From Octopus vulgaris (taxonomy: Eukaryota), in NCBI GenBank assembly GCA_951406725.2, contig OX597833.1:9176001-9240000 (forward strand): a stretch of DNA of 64,000 bases. The letters are read 5' to 3'. A model generated the notes under the pieces. That model made no database searches and was not told the DNA's origin. It was given only the letters and a program-made list of their open reading frames with translations. Positions 22,796 through 37,750 of the stretch are shown piece by piece. How positions within the stretch are numbered: the stretch's first letter is position 1; every line of letters starts with the position of its first letter. The position numbers and the translations under genes are program-made.

Positions 22796-25479
22796 AGACA
22801 CATGGCCTAGTGGTTAGGATTGGGCTCACAGCCTTGAACAAGATACTTCATTTCATGTTGTTCTAGTTTTCTTAGCTGAATGTTGGTGCTGTCCTATCTC
22901 AGTCCAGCCATGCCACTGGGTGCTGAAAGGATAAGCAGTCAAGGAAGGTGTCTATGCTTGGGATATCTAAAACAATTGCTGCTGCATGTTACCAGGTCAT
23001 ATTTGTAACTGGCAAAGTTAACATTACCATATTTGAAACTGAATAATCAAAGTAAAGTTGCATACTTAATAAAAATCAAATCCTTGAGGTTAATTACAAC
23101 ATTGAAACATCTCTACAAAACAAAAAACAAAAAAATCAACAGCTGGTCAGTCTATTGACCAAGGCTCTTTCTGTCATTTCCCTCACTCCAACTACTGCAA
23201 CCACATAACCAAAACTCATTCATTGCACAACTTTTACTATTCTATCACAAATTTCAGATGATTGAAACAGAGGTCAATTTTAAACTGATTGATCAGTGAT
23301 GATAGGTTTTTTTAAAGCTATTTCTTGAATAGCCAAATAATGAGTCCATTTATTACACTTTACATATGTACTTAGTTTTGTTAAGAAGGAGTTTGAGGGG
23401 GTTAAAAAAGAAACTAATTATAAAGTGATAATCTTTGGTAATGAGAAGACCATGGTGTTGATTCTTATTACAATTGCTTTCATCTCATCTCTGTTATAGC
23501 TGGGTCAGATTATGCATGCATGCGTACATATATCCATCCATCCATACATATATACATACATGCATGCATACATACATACATTTCATTCATTCATTCATTC
23601 ATTCACTCATTCATTCAAAAACTTCAGGATAGAGAAGCACTAGGAAGTGACCAGATAGTTGGACATAAATAGAGAAGCTAAGAGTATGTCAGACTTGATG
23701 AGAATGTTGCAGTGTTGGAGTGACAAAGGAATACTTGAGCCATATTCCAAAGTGTCATTGCAGTACCAGTTCTTGTATCAAGATTTATGAGACTAAGCTT
23801 GAAACATGAAGAGATCCATCACTTGGACATCAAGATGAGCAAGATATCAACCAGTGCTGGTAACTTTCATATCAACAATGACACTGACAGGATCTAAATT
23901 AGATGAAGGCAGAGGTTTGTCGTGGTGGCCACTGAGAGTCACACTGCATCAGTCATACAACATTTACTGAAAAGGAAAGGAGAAAAATGAGTGCATCACA
24001 CGCGTACTTGACAGCAAAAATAATATTGTGAGAGGAGATGAAGAACTTCTGAGTGGGTATTCTGAGTATCCAGCTGTTCTATGTGAACTGAAGGAAGTTG
24101 GACTGAGTTAAATAGAAAAACAGAGAAAAAAAAAACAAGCAAAAATTACTCATCATATGTTGAGAAAGTTGTGACTGAGTACATAGAGTTAGGCCAGTGA
24201 GAGAGTAGAAACAATATTGACGGCAAAGGTAGGCTCTCTTGTATCTGTGATAGTTACATCAGATGCCACCGAGAAGCTTTTGGTTTTACAGTCCAGAAAC
24301 AGGAGACAGCTGAAGAATATGAGATTAATCAATGCAATCCCAATATTTTCGTTTTTTCCAACACCTGAAGTATGAGGCTGTAGTATCTTCCAGACAATGT
24401 ACTTCATTCCAATCTGTACTCACTTCAAGATGTATAATTCTATGTTGAAGTACAAAGAACTACAAAATATGTACACATAGACAGGAGAATATCAATTGAT
24501 TAATGGAGTAAAAACTTTTATAAAGAAATCTTAAAATATATTATGATTTTGAGATTTTGACATTGGTAAAGTAAAAATGACTGGGCGTGTGTAGTGGGTG
24601 GAGAAATCAGTAGAAAAACAGTCATTGCTAGTTTCCCACTAAACTGATGAAAGTAAAAGAAAATGTTGCAGTTGTGGTGGTGAGGAAGAGTTGAAACACT
24701 CCTCACTGGCCATTATACATTCACATACACACACATACACACCTAGAGAATTGTTGCCCTTCCCTGCAAATATATGTGTGTGTGTGCATGTGTATTTTAT
24801 TTATGTATGTATATGTGTTTATGTATTGTCAGATTGTCAGAGATAATGCCCAGCTATGCCAATATGTGTGTGTGTCTGTCTGTATGCATATGTATGATGA
24901 GAGAGATACTGCTCTGCCTCCCCAATAAGTAAAAGCAAATGAGTGATGCCAAAACAATGCAAATTATATATAAAAGATATGAAAAAACGAAATGGAACAT
25001 AATTGAAGTGATTTTGCCAAATTTGGCTTCTGTGATGGAAATTGAGGGTTTAATTAGATGTCAGGTCACTGTGAAGAATGAGTGAATAGAGAATAAAACT
25101 TGCAGATGTCTTACAGTTGGCCTTTGTGTGTTGGAAACCAGGTAGAACAAACCCCACCCAACCCCACCGCCACCCAAACACCAATAATAACTATGGTGGT
25201 GGTGATGATGATGATGATGGTGATGTTGCAGAAAGAGCCAATTAAACAACAAGAAACAAATAGTTGATCATTTTACGTTATTTTTAGATGAAGAATGCTG
25301 CCAGTCTTTGAGAAACAATGTTAACATTTATAGAGTCAGCTCACTTTAGCACCTGGCTTTGTAATAGTGCTTGCGTTAATCGTTAATCGGGGTTGTTGAT
25401 TAACCCTCACTTACTGTAACTCATTGTTTGTTAGGTTGTTGTTGTTGTTGTTGGTGGTGGTTTAGTTTTGCTCTCTCAT

Positions 25480-25510
<31 letters not shown>

Positions 25511-25917
25511 GAAACAATACAAACAACTTACCACCACACACATATACACAGCATTACATATTCTATAAATACTTGCTTTAGTTTCTCAAAGCTCTAACAC
25601 CAATTCTTTCACAAGAACTTAGTCTTCAGATTTTTAAAGAAGACCATCCACAGTGCTTCACCCAAAACATCTGTGTTTGCTGCACTCACCATTGAGATGT
25701 GCATGCATGTTAGTTCATTAGTCCATTCTGTTCTTCAATACGAGGACAGAAAGTGTTGCTGAAAAGGTCAGAGGTGTGTGGTGAAAGATTTCTGAACAAT
25801 GGACATGAGTTAAAACAAGAACAGTAATAAACAAGAGAAAAATGAATATATAGTGTGTGTGTATTTATATGAAAAAAAAAAAAAAAAAAAAAACCATCCT
25901 GAAATACAACAATATAT

Positions 25918-26533
25918 ACAGGGTGGGTGGAAAGTAAGTAGGCATTAGAAATTGCTTATAGAATTTTTAGTTACTCTGAAGTCATGACAAAAATATCTTT
26001 TAAAAATGGGGATTTCTTATTTCTTATTGTCTTATTTTCCAGATGGTCAGTCACATGACTGCTCAGGAGTGAGCTAAAATAGCAGCATGCAATGAAGTGT
26101 GGAATTCTATTGTTTTGGTTCAGAGATGGTGGCATGCATGGAAAGGTAAGCATGCAATACTACATCCAGAGACAATAAAAAGTTGTCATGCAAAGCTGAT
26201 GACTATGGGCTCCGTGAATGATGCAAGAAGAAGTAGCCATCCAACCACATCCCGGTCAGTGGAGAATGAGGCAACAGTGCAGGAAATGTTTAATTGCAGC
26301 CAGCAAAAATCAACTGGTCAAGCAGCTCGTGAAAGTGGACTGACACGACACACAATATGTATGGGATTGCATAAAGAATTGAATTTTTGCCCATACAAAC
26401 CCCATTACGTGCAGGAGCTAAAACCTGAAGACTGTGACTGCAGAACTCCAAGAAGTTCAGAACTCACTCCATGTGATTTTTATCTGTGGAGTTACACAAA
26501 AGAGGAGGTTTACAAGACAAAACCTCACCAGTA
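25918..26533 (+). mobile_element. Tc1/mariner transposon (rosa/DD41D-like), internally deleted and 3'-truncated
   Basis: TA|CAGGGTG end; ORF 26097-26534 has N-terminal HTH GSVND..RS..P..SRS.EN and PYKPHYVQELKPED joined directly to PRSSELTPCDFYLWSY.KEEVY, so the catalytic middle is deleted. Confidence 0.75.
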
Positions 26534-26534
26534 G

Positions 26535-28435
26535 AACAAAAGGGATGCTGAAAAGGATCCAAGGGCACCAAAAGACCACCTTGTGATAGACAAGGTTATA
26601 ATGAAAAACTTTAAACAGACCAAAAGAACTTATGCATGGCCTGGATAGACTTCAAAAAGGCTTAGGACATGTTGCCGCCTGCACGGATTTTGGAAACACT
26701 CAACATATGTGGAACGGCTGAGAAAGTGTGTGCACTGATTAAGAACAGCATGCCTAGTTGGAAAACATGTGTTTCCTGTTACAAGCAGCACTTAGCCGAG
26801 GTAACAATCAAAAGAAGTATCTTCCAAGGAGACTCTTGTTCACCTCTGTTATTTGTTATAGCCTTGATCCCATTTTCTGTAGTCCTACGCAGAGTCAACA
26901 TGCACTATGAGCTGAGAAAGAACGGAACTCGTCTCAACCACCTTCTCTTCATGGCTGATTTAAAACTGTTCACAAAAACAGCCTGAAATGGAGAGGCTGG
27001 CTGAGACTATGCAAATGTGCAGCAAGGATATAGGGATAGAATTTGGTATCTTGAAGAGGGGGAAAAGAGTAAATTGCAGGGACATAGAATTGCCAAATGG
27101 AAAAAGAATGGAAGATCTGGATGATGATGGGTACAAGTACTTTGGGATCCTAGAGCTGAACAATATCTTGCACTAAGAAATGAAAGACAAGGTCATCACC
27201 GCATATTTTAAGTGTCTGGAACTTCTCTTGAAAGCAAAACTCAACTCAAGGAACCTTGTGACTACCATCAGCATATGGGCTGTTGTTATAGTCTGCTATA
27301 GTGCACCTATCCTGAAATGGATACAAGTGGAAATTGACCAACTCGATCATACTGCCCGAAAGACAATGATAATGCATGGTACCCTCCACTCTAAGGCAAA
27401 TGTACAGAGGCTCTACATGAAGAGAGGTAAAGGTGGATGTGGGCTGATCAGTGTATGGGAGAGCACCAACAGTGAAAGAAGAAACATGGCAGAGTGTTTG
27501 GCAAACAGCAAACAAGATCTGCTATTGTATGCTGTTAGTATAGAAGGAGTTAACAAAAATGGACTTGAGAGTGCTCATGAATTCTAATCAAGAACAGCCA
27601 ATGAGAGAGAAGAAACCCTACTCCATATGGAATTACATGGTCAGTTCCACAGTGAAACCAACAAATTAAAGGACCAGGAAGCATCATGGAGGTAGCTCAA
27701 CAGGGGTGACCTAAAAAAGAATACTGAAAGCCTAATCATTGCTGTCCAGGATCAGGCTTTGAATACCAACTCAGTGAAAAAAAAAATATATATACCACAC
27801 ATGTGCAATGAACCTCTGCAGAATGTGTGGGAAGAGGGTTGAAAGTTTGACTCACATTGTTAGTGCTTGTGAAAGTCTTGTGCAGAAAGAGTACAAGCAT
27901 AGACATGACAAGGTAGCCCAAAACCTCCACTGGCTACTATGCTGTAAGTATGGATATGTGGTTACAGGTGCTTGGTACCAACAAACACTGGAAAGGGGGA
28001 AGGCAAAAATCCTCTGGAACTTTGACTTCCAGACAGACAAAGTGTTAAAGCACTGAAAGCCAGACATAGTAACCTTTAGGAGGGACAAACAAGAGTGCCT
28101 AATAATTGACGTGGCAGTGCCAGGAGATCAACATAAAGAAAGAGAAAAGGTTGATAAATATGGAGACCTGAGAATTGAGATGACTAAGATGTGGCAGCTA
28201 CAGGAGTCAAACATAAAGGTTATCTCTATTGTCATTGGAGCACTGGGTTCAATACCACCCAATCTGGAAAAACACCTGGAAACCTTAGAAATACCCTACA
28301 ATCTAGGTGTATTGCAAAAGACAGCACTACTTGGAACTGTACACATATTGTGTAAAGTACTGTCTGTCTGAGATCCTTGTTGCGACTTGACAAACAGTAC
28401 AAACCCCTTCATGGTATTGTATACTGTATGATGCC

Positions 28436-28487
<52 letters not shown>
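26535..28487 (+). mobile_element. Dong/R4-clade non-LTR retrotransposon, 5'-truncated, decayed
   Basis: AWIDFKKA.D, IFQGDSCSPLLF, NHLLFMADLKL, YKYFG, RLYMKRGKGGCGL, CCHC knuckle CRMC..LTHIVSAC, REL endonuclease PDI..IIDVAVP..EKVDKY; (TAA)n tail at 28437-28487. Confidence 0.9.
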
Positions 28488-28489
<2 letters not shown>

Positions 28490-29039
28490 CAGAACAACAA
28501 GGAAAAATATTGTCTGGAAACAACTTGATATTCTATTCTGTTGGTAATTAGAATATTGATCTTTGGTAGGAATTGATTGCAGAATAAACTTTTGTGAAGC
28601 TCAGCTTTCATACTTATATCTATAAAGCAACATCCTAGCACAGAGATTTCTCACAAATCTAACCTAGTTTATGATTTTGATATCATAGTAATTATATATT
28701 CATATATGCATGTGTGTGTCTATGTTTGTAAATGTGAGTGTCTATATGCATTAATGTGTATATTAAGATATTGTATGATAAGAGTGAATAGACAAAGAGA
28801 AAAAGAAAAGAAGAATCCAATATTTGTTGAGCAGCCATTGCTTGCTCTTGTCTGTTATTGCTTCTTCCCATTTGTAATCTCTGGTATATATTGGTTACTA
28901 AAATGAGTGTTCACCAAGAATAACTAACAAGGAATCAATAGAAGTGAACCACAATGAAGGAAATAAGGGTTTCTTTCTGAATTCTGATAGTCTGAAAGAG
29001 AAGAGACTAAGGAGTTTTGACAAGAGCATTAGTGTTTTG

Positions 29040-29415
29040 AATTTAAAAAAAAATCCAATCAAGAAACGAATAGGAATCCATGCTAGATAGAACTTACACC
29101 TGAATGTTAAGAGCAGTCTTAAACACATCTTAAAAATCTCAACCCACCAAGAAACAGCTGTAAGGAGATGTGTCTGTTTCCACTTGCACATTGCAAGAAA
29201 TTGCTGGTGAGCAGAACAGGAGCTGACAAGTGACCTACTGTTATGGATGCCAAAGCATGGCTGTACTCAAGCAGGTCATCTGAACACAATGTATTTAGAC
29301 TAACTCACCAGACACACTGGATGCCTCTCTGAAGAATTTACTCAACTAATGCAGGAGTCGGATGGATGGTGTGTATGGGTTAAAAATGTCCAGGCAAGCT
29401 TGACCATGTAATGAT
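29040..29415 (+). mobile_element. Decayed RTE LINE 3' fragment (different family)
   Basis: PTKKQL, LLLWMPKHG and L.RHTGC..EE..QLMQE.DGW, typical of RTE C-termini. Confidence 0.55.
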
Positions 29416-29528
29416 GAATCAATAAATAGAGAGTAGAGCACTCTACCACTCAACAAGTTATCTCTACATAAGGTTACAGATTCTCTTCAAATGATGACAA
29501 TATAACTGAAAAATAATTAATGTACTTT

Positions 29529-32500
29529 TGTATAGTGAAACTGTATACCCCTCCTGGTAAAAAGTGGTAGTAGCCAACCATTATAAATAGACCAGTCGCC
29601 GGTCATCAAGAGAGGGTCAAAAGTCAAAGAGTTGAGAGGCAACAGTTCTAGTCGGTGTCTTGTGGAGCTCTGAGCGATAGTAAGACAGGAGAAGTTAGTG
29701 TATTACTATCCTGGTACAAAGAGATACAACAGTATCCGATGACTAGTAACTATTGTGGCTAGTAGTGCAAAAACGGCAACTACAGTTCAATGGCAGTCAC
29801 ACATCACACCAGTGGGAGGAACCCACTTTACAACAATGGCAATGAGGTAAAACACATTTATGCAGAGTGAAAAAAGAAAAACATTCACTCAAAGTGTTTA
29901 AACTAATTCATATGGAAAATAAAAAAAAACTCGACAAAAAAGAAACAAAAATCTTGTGCAAACTTATGAAAATCATAAGATATGGAAGACTTGTCAGCTG
30001 GGGTAGTTGAGTTGCAAAAACAGCAACAGCAAGAACTCAAGGAACCACAAGGATTGCAGCAGCAATGTTACAACTAATGAAGATGATAACCAAACCATAG
30101 AATGCATTTTTGCCTGACCATGTTGCAAATTCCATAAGCTAATTCAAATATGACCTCAAAGAAGGAGTAGCCTTCAAGGTTTGCTTTCGAAGATTTGAAC
30201 AAATTTTTGAAAAAGAATGTCAGGATTGGATGGACAAAATGAAAATGCATTCAAGAAAACTAGTGAGAAACTTCATATTGCCAAAAACAAAAAAGGGTCA
30301 GAAATAAATTTCACTGACATAGTTGACATTTTGTGCAAAATGTTTAGTGAAAAGAGCTCACTGTTTAATACTCGATGGAAATGTTTAAAGATAGAAAAGA
30401 GTGAGGATGAAGACTTCACTACTTTCACAAGCAAAGTGAACAAGGAATGTGAGAGATTTAGGCTGGAAATGCTTACTTCAGATCTTTCAAGTGTTTGATT
30501 TTTGCACAAGGATTGACAGATAAAAGGGAGCAGAAATCCGAATGGATATTCTAGCAAAACTAGAAATGAACCAGGATTTGACATTGCAGAAACTGTAGAA
30601 AGACTGTGACATGATATTAAAATTAAGGCATGACATGGAAGAAATTCAACAGAAAGAGTGTTTTCACATAAGACCAGTGCAAAAAAAGCTAAAAGACAAA
30701 GTTTTGCAAGAAAAACAGAAAAAATATTGGGACGTAGACCCCTGTATGGCATGTAGTGGGATGTGGCTGAAAAAAGATTGTCCATATAAAAATGCAAAGT
30801 GTTTTCACTGCAGGTTTACAGGACATATAAAAATCACACTACAAAACTAGAATGATAGGTAAAATGGAACAAAGAAGAAAAAATAAATAGTTTGTCAGCA
30901 GGAAAAGTTGTGATTACAACAAACAGAAATTTTGTGAATGTAAGAATTGAAATCACTAGTGTCAGAATGCAATTTGGCATGGGAAATGACATGACAATCA
31001 CAAATGAGAAAGCATGGGAACAAACAGGTAAACCCAAATTATGGTGTCCAAACAAAATAGCGTATGGTGTCACAGGAAGAAAATTATATTTCATAGGTAA
31101 ACGCATTTGTAATATAATGTTCAAAGGTTGAACCTAAAAAGTGAATGTTTATGTGTTGAAAATATCCATGAATTTATTTGGCATCGAATGTATGGAGAAA
31201 TTTAATTTATGGGATCCACCAATAAGTGTTTTGTGCAATAACATAAATGGAGTAATCAAATGACTGAATGAGGTCAATGAACTGAGACAAAAAATGAAAG
31301 AAACTTTCCCAAAAGATTTTTTGGAAGGTTTAGGCTGTTGCACAAAATCAAAAGCAAGGATAGCTATCAAACAAAATTCAACACCTATTTTCAGGCCCAA
31401 ATGGAATGTACCATTTGTGGTGGTAGACCGGGTCAATAAAAGAACTAGAAATATTGGAGAACCTGAATATAATTGAAAAGATTGAGCATGCAGTCTGAGC
31501 AGCACTGGTGGTCTATGTAAAAGAAAAAAAATAATAAGCTAAGAGTGTGTGCACACTTCTCAACTGGATTGAAGGACTGTTTCATCGCACACAATTACCC
31601 ACTACCAAACCCAGAAGAAGTATTTGCTAAACTAAACGAAAGGAAAATTTTCTTGAAGTTAGACCTATCAGAGGAAGATTGAACACATCTACTAACAATC
31701 AACACACACCATGGATTGTACAAGTTCCAACAACTGCTGTTTGGAGTAAAAGTGGTACCTGCCATATTCCAACATATAATAAATGCGATGTTAAGTGATT
31801 GCGACTTTGCCATCACATACCTTGATGACATTTTGATAAAGAGCAAGTCTCAGGTGAAACATGTCAAACACATAAAGAACGTATTTGAAAGAATAAGTGA
31901 ATACGGCTAAAACTGACAGAAGAAAAATGCAAATTTTTGATGGATAAATAAAATACCTAGGTCAGGTAATCAACAAAAGTGGATGCAAACTGGACCCATC
32001 AAGGGTAACTGCAATACAAAATATGCCACCCCCGACGAACATGACATTGTTACAAGCATTCCTAGGCTTGGTAAATTATTACCAAGTGCATATCCCAAAT
32101 ATACATAAGGTAATGGCACTACTTTTTGAATTGCTAAAAAAAAAATGTCAAATGGGTTTGGATAGAGAAATGCCAGAAAACATTTAATAAGTTAAAAGAT
32201 GTGCTAACTTCAGACTTGCATCTGACATATTTTGATCCAAAGTTAGAGATAATACTAGCTAAAGATGCTAGCAAGTATGGGATAGGAGCCATGCTCCTAC
32301 ACAAGGATAACAATGGTAGGAGAAAGGCCATAGCTCACACATCAAGGACATTATTGCTGGCAGAAAAGAGCTATGACCAAATTGAAAAAAAGGCATTGGT
32401 TATTATATTTGGCGTGAAAAAGTTCTACAGGTTCATTCACAGCAGACGTTTTTGATTGCAAACGGACCATGTACCTCTAATAATGATATACAATTCCAAG

Positions 32501-32720
32501 AAAGGAATCCAGATACAAACGGCAAACAGACTGCAGCGGTAGGGTACCATTCTATTAAACTATGATTATAGAATGGAATGTCTGCCTTCAAAAAGCTGTG
32601 GCATGCCAATGGTCTGTCTAGGTTAATTCTGAGAAATAACGAACCACTGGAGATCACCATAATAGCATCACTAAGAAATGTGAGAAGTGACAAATATATT
32701 AATGAAACAAAAAGAAAATT
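29529..32720 (+). mobile_element. Gypsy LTR retrotransposon (5' LTR, gag, PR, RT, RNase H), decayed, 3'-truncated
   Basis: Candidate LTR TGT..TATAAA..ACA (29529-29835) with PBS-like TGGCAATGAG at ~29837; gag LFNTRWKCL, knuckle CFHCRFTGH; RT YKFQQLLFG..YLDDILI; RNase H DASKYGIGAML; no integrase or 3' LTR seen. Confidence 0.88.
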
Positions 32721-32721
32721 G

Positions 32722-32930
32722 GTGCAGGTGAGGCTGTGTGGTAAGAAGCTTACTTCCAAACCACATGGTTCTGGGTTCAGTTCCACTGCGTGGCACCTTG
32801 GCCAAGTGTCTTCTACTACAGCCTTGGGCTGACCAAAGCCTTGTGAGTGGATTTGGTTGAGGAAAATTGAAAGAAGACTGTCATGTATATATATATATAT
32901 ATATGTATGTAAGTATATATGTTTATATAT
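32722..32930 (+). mobile_element. SINE family B 5' half truncating the Gypsy element
   Basis: GGCTGTGTGGTAAG..GGGTTCAGTTCC..GGCACCTTGG..GCCTTGTGAGTGGATTTGG, then (TA)n. Confidence 0.75.
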
Positions 32931-33641
32931 AAGTGATAGCTTGGTCACGATTGGAACATCTTTGATTATAGATCTGCTTGATGAGGAATGACTTCTAGCT
33001 AAACAGCATCAACAACAATGTTACAAACTTACCATCTTTTGCCAATGATTTAAACAGATACAAGCATATTAAAGCAGTTTTGAAATCTTCCAATAAATCT
33101 GCTGGAATTAAAGCTGTTCCACACCATGACCATCACCCCCTACTGTGGCTACAACTATTGAAACAATGGCACTGAACCAACCATGCTGATTTCATGATTA
33201 AAACTCTTTTCTCTGCTGTTTTCTTCTGATGTTCATCAAGAAATCAATGAATTTAAAACCAGAAGATCGATGAAAGAACTTCCAAAGAATTCTTAGATAG
33301 AATAAAGAAACTTGTAGATTAATATTATCATGTCAGTGCTATTTTCACAAGATTCTACAGACATACCAGAGGCAGAACATGGAAGATTCTACAGATACAT
33401 AACTGGAACATGGTTCTGGCCAGCTTATAGTTGCTTTTGTTTTATTGCAGACTTAGAAATAGAGAAAAAGGGCCTACATTTTACTTGCCTTGGGGTACAA
33501 TCAATTTAGAAATGTATCTGGTATTTATCTGTTGTGTCTAAACAAGATATTTGTTTGGTCTATACACTGGATATTATAACACTATAGTTTAATTATTAGA
33601 CATTAGAACAGTTATAATATCTGTGTTATAATGTGTTGTTG

Positions 33642-33694
<53 letters not shown>

Positions 33695-33723
33695 GCTACT
33701 GCTACTGCTGCTTCTACTGCTGC
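33642..33723. repeat. (CTA)n/(CTG)n microsatellite
   Basis: Direct observation. Confidence 0.95.
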
Positions 33724-34372
33724 TGTGCTACTACATTTATATATTTGATATGGCACCAAATGAATAAATCAATAAGACTACAAACAAGTTAAGCTTATCA
33801 AAGATAAATATTGTGTCAGCAACATTAAGAAGATAGTTTATTCCCAATATCTAATTGATGTCTTAAAGCCTTCAGCAATCACTTAGGTAAGTTACAGGTA
33901 ATGAATGGAATATTTCTAAATTTTCTACAATTCTCATATTTCTTCTGCTATTATATGACTCAGTGTCTGTTTTATGAAAAAAATCAAGTTGAATCAGAAG
34001 GGGAAAAAAGCTGTTGATTTACTTGTGGGTCAGAAACATTAAGCGTTTCTATAACGTTTGGTTCTGAGAGAATATTTAGACAGAAATTAACTAAACTCTG
34101 CAAGGATCTTGTTTTTATTCACACAATATATTGCCCAACATAGAACAAGTTCGGTTCCTCCTCAACCTCTGATGATTTCTAATGGTGATGCCACAGATAT
34201 AGAATTTATTGCTCAACACCTTCTTTAGGTGTCAAAACAATACTTCAGCACCCAACACTTGCTTCTGTAGTGTTTATACACAAGTTTCATTTTACAACAA
34301 CCATAATCTACATTGGATGTTATAATATTTGTATATTAGATGTTATAACACTATACATATGTATATATGTAC

Positions 34373-34375
<3 letters not shown>

Positions 34376-34444
<69 letters not shown>
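34376..34444. repeat. (GA)n microsatellite
   Basis: Direct observation. Confidence 0.95.
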
Positions 34445-34446
<2 letters not shown>

Positions 34447-35000
34447 TGGAGAGTGGCAACTTATTTTTTTATATATTAAAAATAATATAACAAACTATAG
34501 AGAAGTGAACAGGCAGAAAAATAAAGTAGGTTTCACCAGAGAGGAAATAATTTATTTCCATAACAATAGAAAAAGTATTTGGAAATCTGCTAATTACTTA
34601 ATGTATGTAGGCTATACATGTAACTGTTATGATAGAGTACATTTTGGCTACATGTTAACTACATGTTGACTCCATTAAGTTTCATTTTCTCCAGAATCTG
34701 TCCTGCCGTCAAAGTTTAGAAATCCCTATTTCTCATTTGAAATGTGTCAGTATGGCAGAAATAACAGAGCATTGGTCTATACATCTCATAGTACTTAGCT
34801 TTGGTTCTCTGTCTTGAGTTTAATCACATTTCACAGTGGCTGATTCTGTCTTTCCACATTTGTGGTTGGGTGGTGGTCAGTACAATGAGTAGGGACCAGA
34901 GCCTGCTGTGAATTCAACCCACAACATTACTTATACTCCTACATTCCTAAACTTCTCTGCAACAACTTTCAGGTTTTATGTGAATTTCAACATGCCATGT

Positions 35001-35041
<41 letters not shown>

Positions 35042-35044
35042 CTT

Positions 35045-35172
35045 TTCTTCTATGGGCACAAAGCCTGAAATTTTAGTGGGGTTAGGCGATTACATTGACC
35101 CCAGTGTTCAAGTGATATTTATTTTATTGACAGCAAAATGATGAAAGGCGAAGTTGACCTAAGTGGAATTAT
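35045..35172 (-). mobile_element. SINE family A 3' part next to (TAA)n
   Basis: Reverse complement resembles 14040-14155. Confidence 0.55.
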
Positions 35173-35879
35173 TATTATAACAACAACAACAACACCGCCA
35201 CCACCACTACCACCAAGAAGAAGAACAACAACACCGTTACAAACATTTCTTTTCTCTCCACATTATACATGTTGAAGATATTTCAAGATTTAGAATTATC
35301 CATCAAGCATCAAGAATATTATCTTAATTAATTCTGACAATTACTACTAATTAATGGAAATAAGCCAATCCTTCACCAAACAAAATATTTCAATGATTTT
35401 ATTTTCATTGCTGGAACTTGTAATTAATTAAATATAGGACAAAAATCTGCATAAATACTTTCTTCTTAGACTTCTTGAGATGTACCAACAGGTTTTAATA
35501 CAGCATCACTCAATGCAGTCAGATGATGGGTTTGGTTGTTAGTTGTTGGCTCAAAGTCAATGATACAGCTTAATTCAATTTTCTTCTGAGTATGTGTTTC
35601 TTATTGGTAGATTGGAAACTAGTTTTAATGCTAAGGAGTATGGCTAACTAGATCAACCCTGGCATATTACTTGTTTCTATGCAATCAACTTTGAAAGAAT
35701 GAAAGTTTACTTTTATAATTAAAACCTGAACTAAGAATTGCAAATGAACCAAAGTAAATATTAGTCACATTTAACCCGAAGTTTCATAATCTCACCTACT
35801 GGTTTGGTTTTATATCTTATCAGAGAACTGTTAACTCTTTTAAAACAATATAGTTGGCTATTCAAGCTTCCTAGTGAAC

Positions 35880-37750
35880 TCTGCTTATTAGTGGGACATC
35901 ACGGAGACAAGTAGAAAAGTTTAAGTATCTTGGGACTGTATTGAAGAGTGATGGGAAGCAGGAAACTGAATTATATCCTGAAATTGCAGGTGCTGGTACA
36001 GTAATGCACCAGCTGCAGCATTTGATCCTCAGAAGAGGAGAGGTTAGTAAAAAAGCCAGATGCTAGCTTCCATTTGGTTTTCATGCCTATCCTCATCTGT
36101 GGCCATGAATGTTGGCTAATGACAAAAAGAATAGCATTGAAAATGCATGTGCTAATTTGTGCTTCCTTCAAAGGATCTCAGGGTGCATCCGAGGTGGCAT
36201 CAACAAGTTCCTGGACTAGTTCTGTAATATGCCAACAGATGGCAGCACATGGCTGCATATGCAGTGAGAGCTAGCAGTGACCTTCAGGGGGTAGCGTGCT
36301 GAGTGATGTCGCTGTGTTTACTTCACAAGTTGTGAAATTTCTGTTTTTGTGATTATGTGTCTGCTGTAGTCTGTGATTTTGTCATGGACAGGAACAAAGA
36401 GCCAGCATGGAATTTTGTGTTAAACTTGGGAAGTCTGTTACAGGGACATTGAGCATGCTTCAGCAAGCTTATGGTAATGAGGCACTGGGTCACATACAAT
36501 GTTTCAAGAGGCATAACCACTTCAAAAGTGGACGAATGTTCCTTGCCACAAGCGTCAACTCTGGAAATGAAGAGAAAATTCATTGCACACGAGGATTGTT
36601 GGAGGACAATCAGTGACTTTGCTGATATTGTTGGTCTGTTGTATAGGTCTGTGTAGTCAATCCTAATCTCTGAATTCAACATGTGGTGTGTCTCTGTCAA
36701 GTTTGTCCCCTGCCTACTTACCACTGAGTAGAAAGAACATTGCCTGGAAGTCTATCAAGGCCTCAGTCAGGGTATCACTGATGGACTAAATCCTTCATGT
36801 CAAAGATCATCACTGGTGATGAAAGTTGGGTTTATGGGTGCAACCTTGAGACAAAGCAGCAGTCATCACAATGGAAGAGCCCTTCATCTCTATGACAGAA
36901 GAGGGGATGACAGAGTCAGAGTTCAATCAAGAGAATGCTCATTGTTTTTTTCCGACAGCCACAGAATTGCACATGAAGAATTTGTCCTCCAGGGCCAGAC
37001 TATTAATCAAGAGTTATACTGTGATGTTTTGAAGTGTTTGAGGGAGGACATTCGGTGAAAGCAACTGGATCTGTGGAATGCAAAGAATTGGATTCTTCAC
37101 AACAACAATGCACCCTGTAACTGAGGTCTCCTCACTTGTGAGTTTCTTGCCAAAGAAAACATGGTATTGCTCCCAAACCAGTCCTATTCCATCTCTTCTC
37201 TAAGGTGAAAGGGCAGATCACAGGTCACTGTTTTAACGCTATTGTTGAGATCCAGAGTGAACCGCTGAAGGTTCTTGACTCATTTATAGAAAAAAACTTT
37301 CAGGCTGGGTTCCAAAAGAAGCAGGAATGCTCAGACTGGTGTACTGCTGCGCAAGGTGACTATTTCGAAGGAGATGATGTTAAAACTTAGGAAATAAGTT
37401 ATTTTTTATTAAACATAACTAGTAGGGGAACTTTTTGATACCACCTCATAGCTCAGTGATCAGGGAGTCTCTCCAGGTCAAGCCATTATTTCTCCACATT
37501 GAGCAATCATAGATTTGATGCTAAGGACATGTAATTGGAATGTCATAGGGAAGAATCATAAGACAGATTCTTCAAGGTGAGCAAAGAAGTGGAAGATGTA
37601 AGGGTAGGCCGAGAACGAGATGGTTGGATAATATCCTTAGTCTCATTTGGTCAAGCTTGGGAACCCTGCAGGAAAGTGTAGTGATGGTTGCTTCAGATAG
37701 AACCTTCCATGACCCTCCCAGGATTAGTAGATGGAGAAAATATTGGATGG
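35880..37750 (+). mobile_element. Old RTE LINE 3' region, split by a mariner
   Basis: QVEKFKYLG..VFMPILICGHECW lies before 36190, and GHVIGM..RQILQGE..GRCKGRPRTRWLDNI resumes after 37450. Confidence 0.75.
36190..37448 (+). mobile_element. Full-length (~1.26 kb) mariner, decayed transposase
   Basis: TIRs CGAGGTGGCATCAACAAGTTCC / GGAACTTTTTGATACCACCTCA|TA; EFCVKLGKS HTH, KFVPCLLT, IITGDESWVYG, WILHNNNAP, C-terminal QGDYFEGD. Confidence 0.9.

Noticed and set aside
34270-34669. ORFs with poly-RE, poly-I, poly-Y, YI or CV runs here and across the window
   Set aside because: These are translations of stop-free microsatellites.
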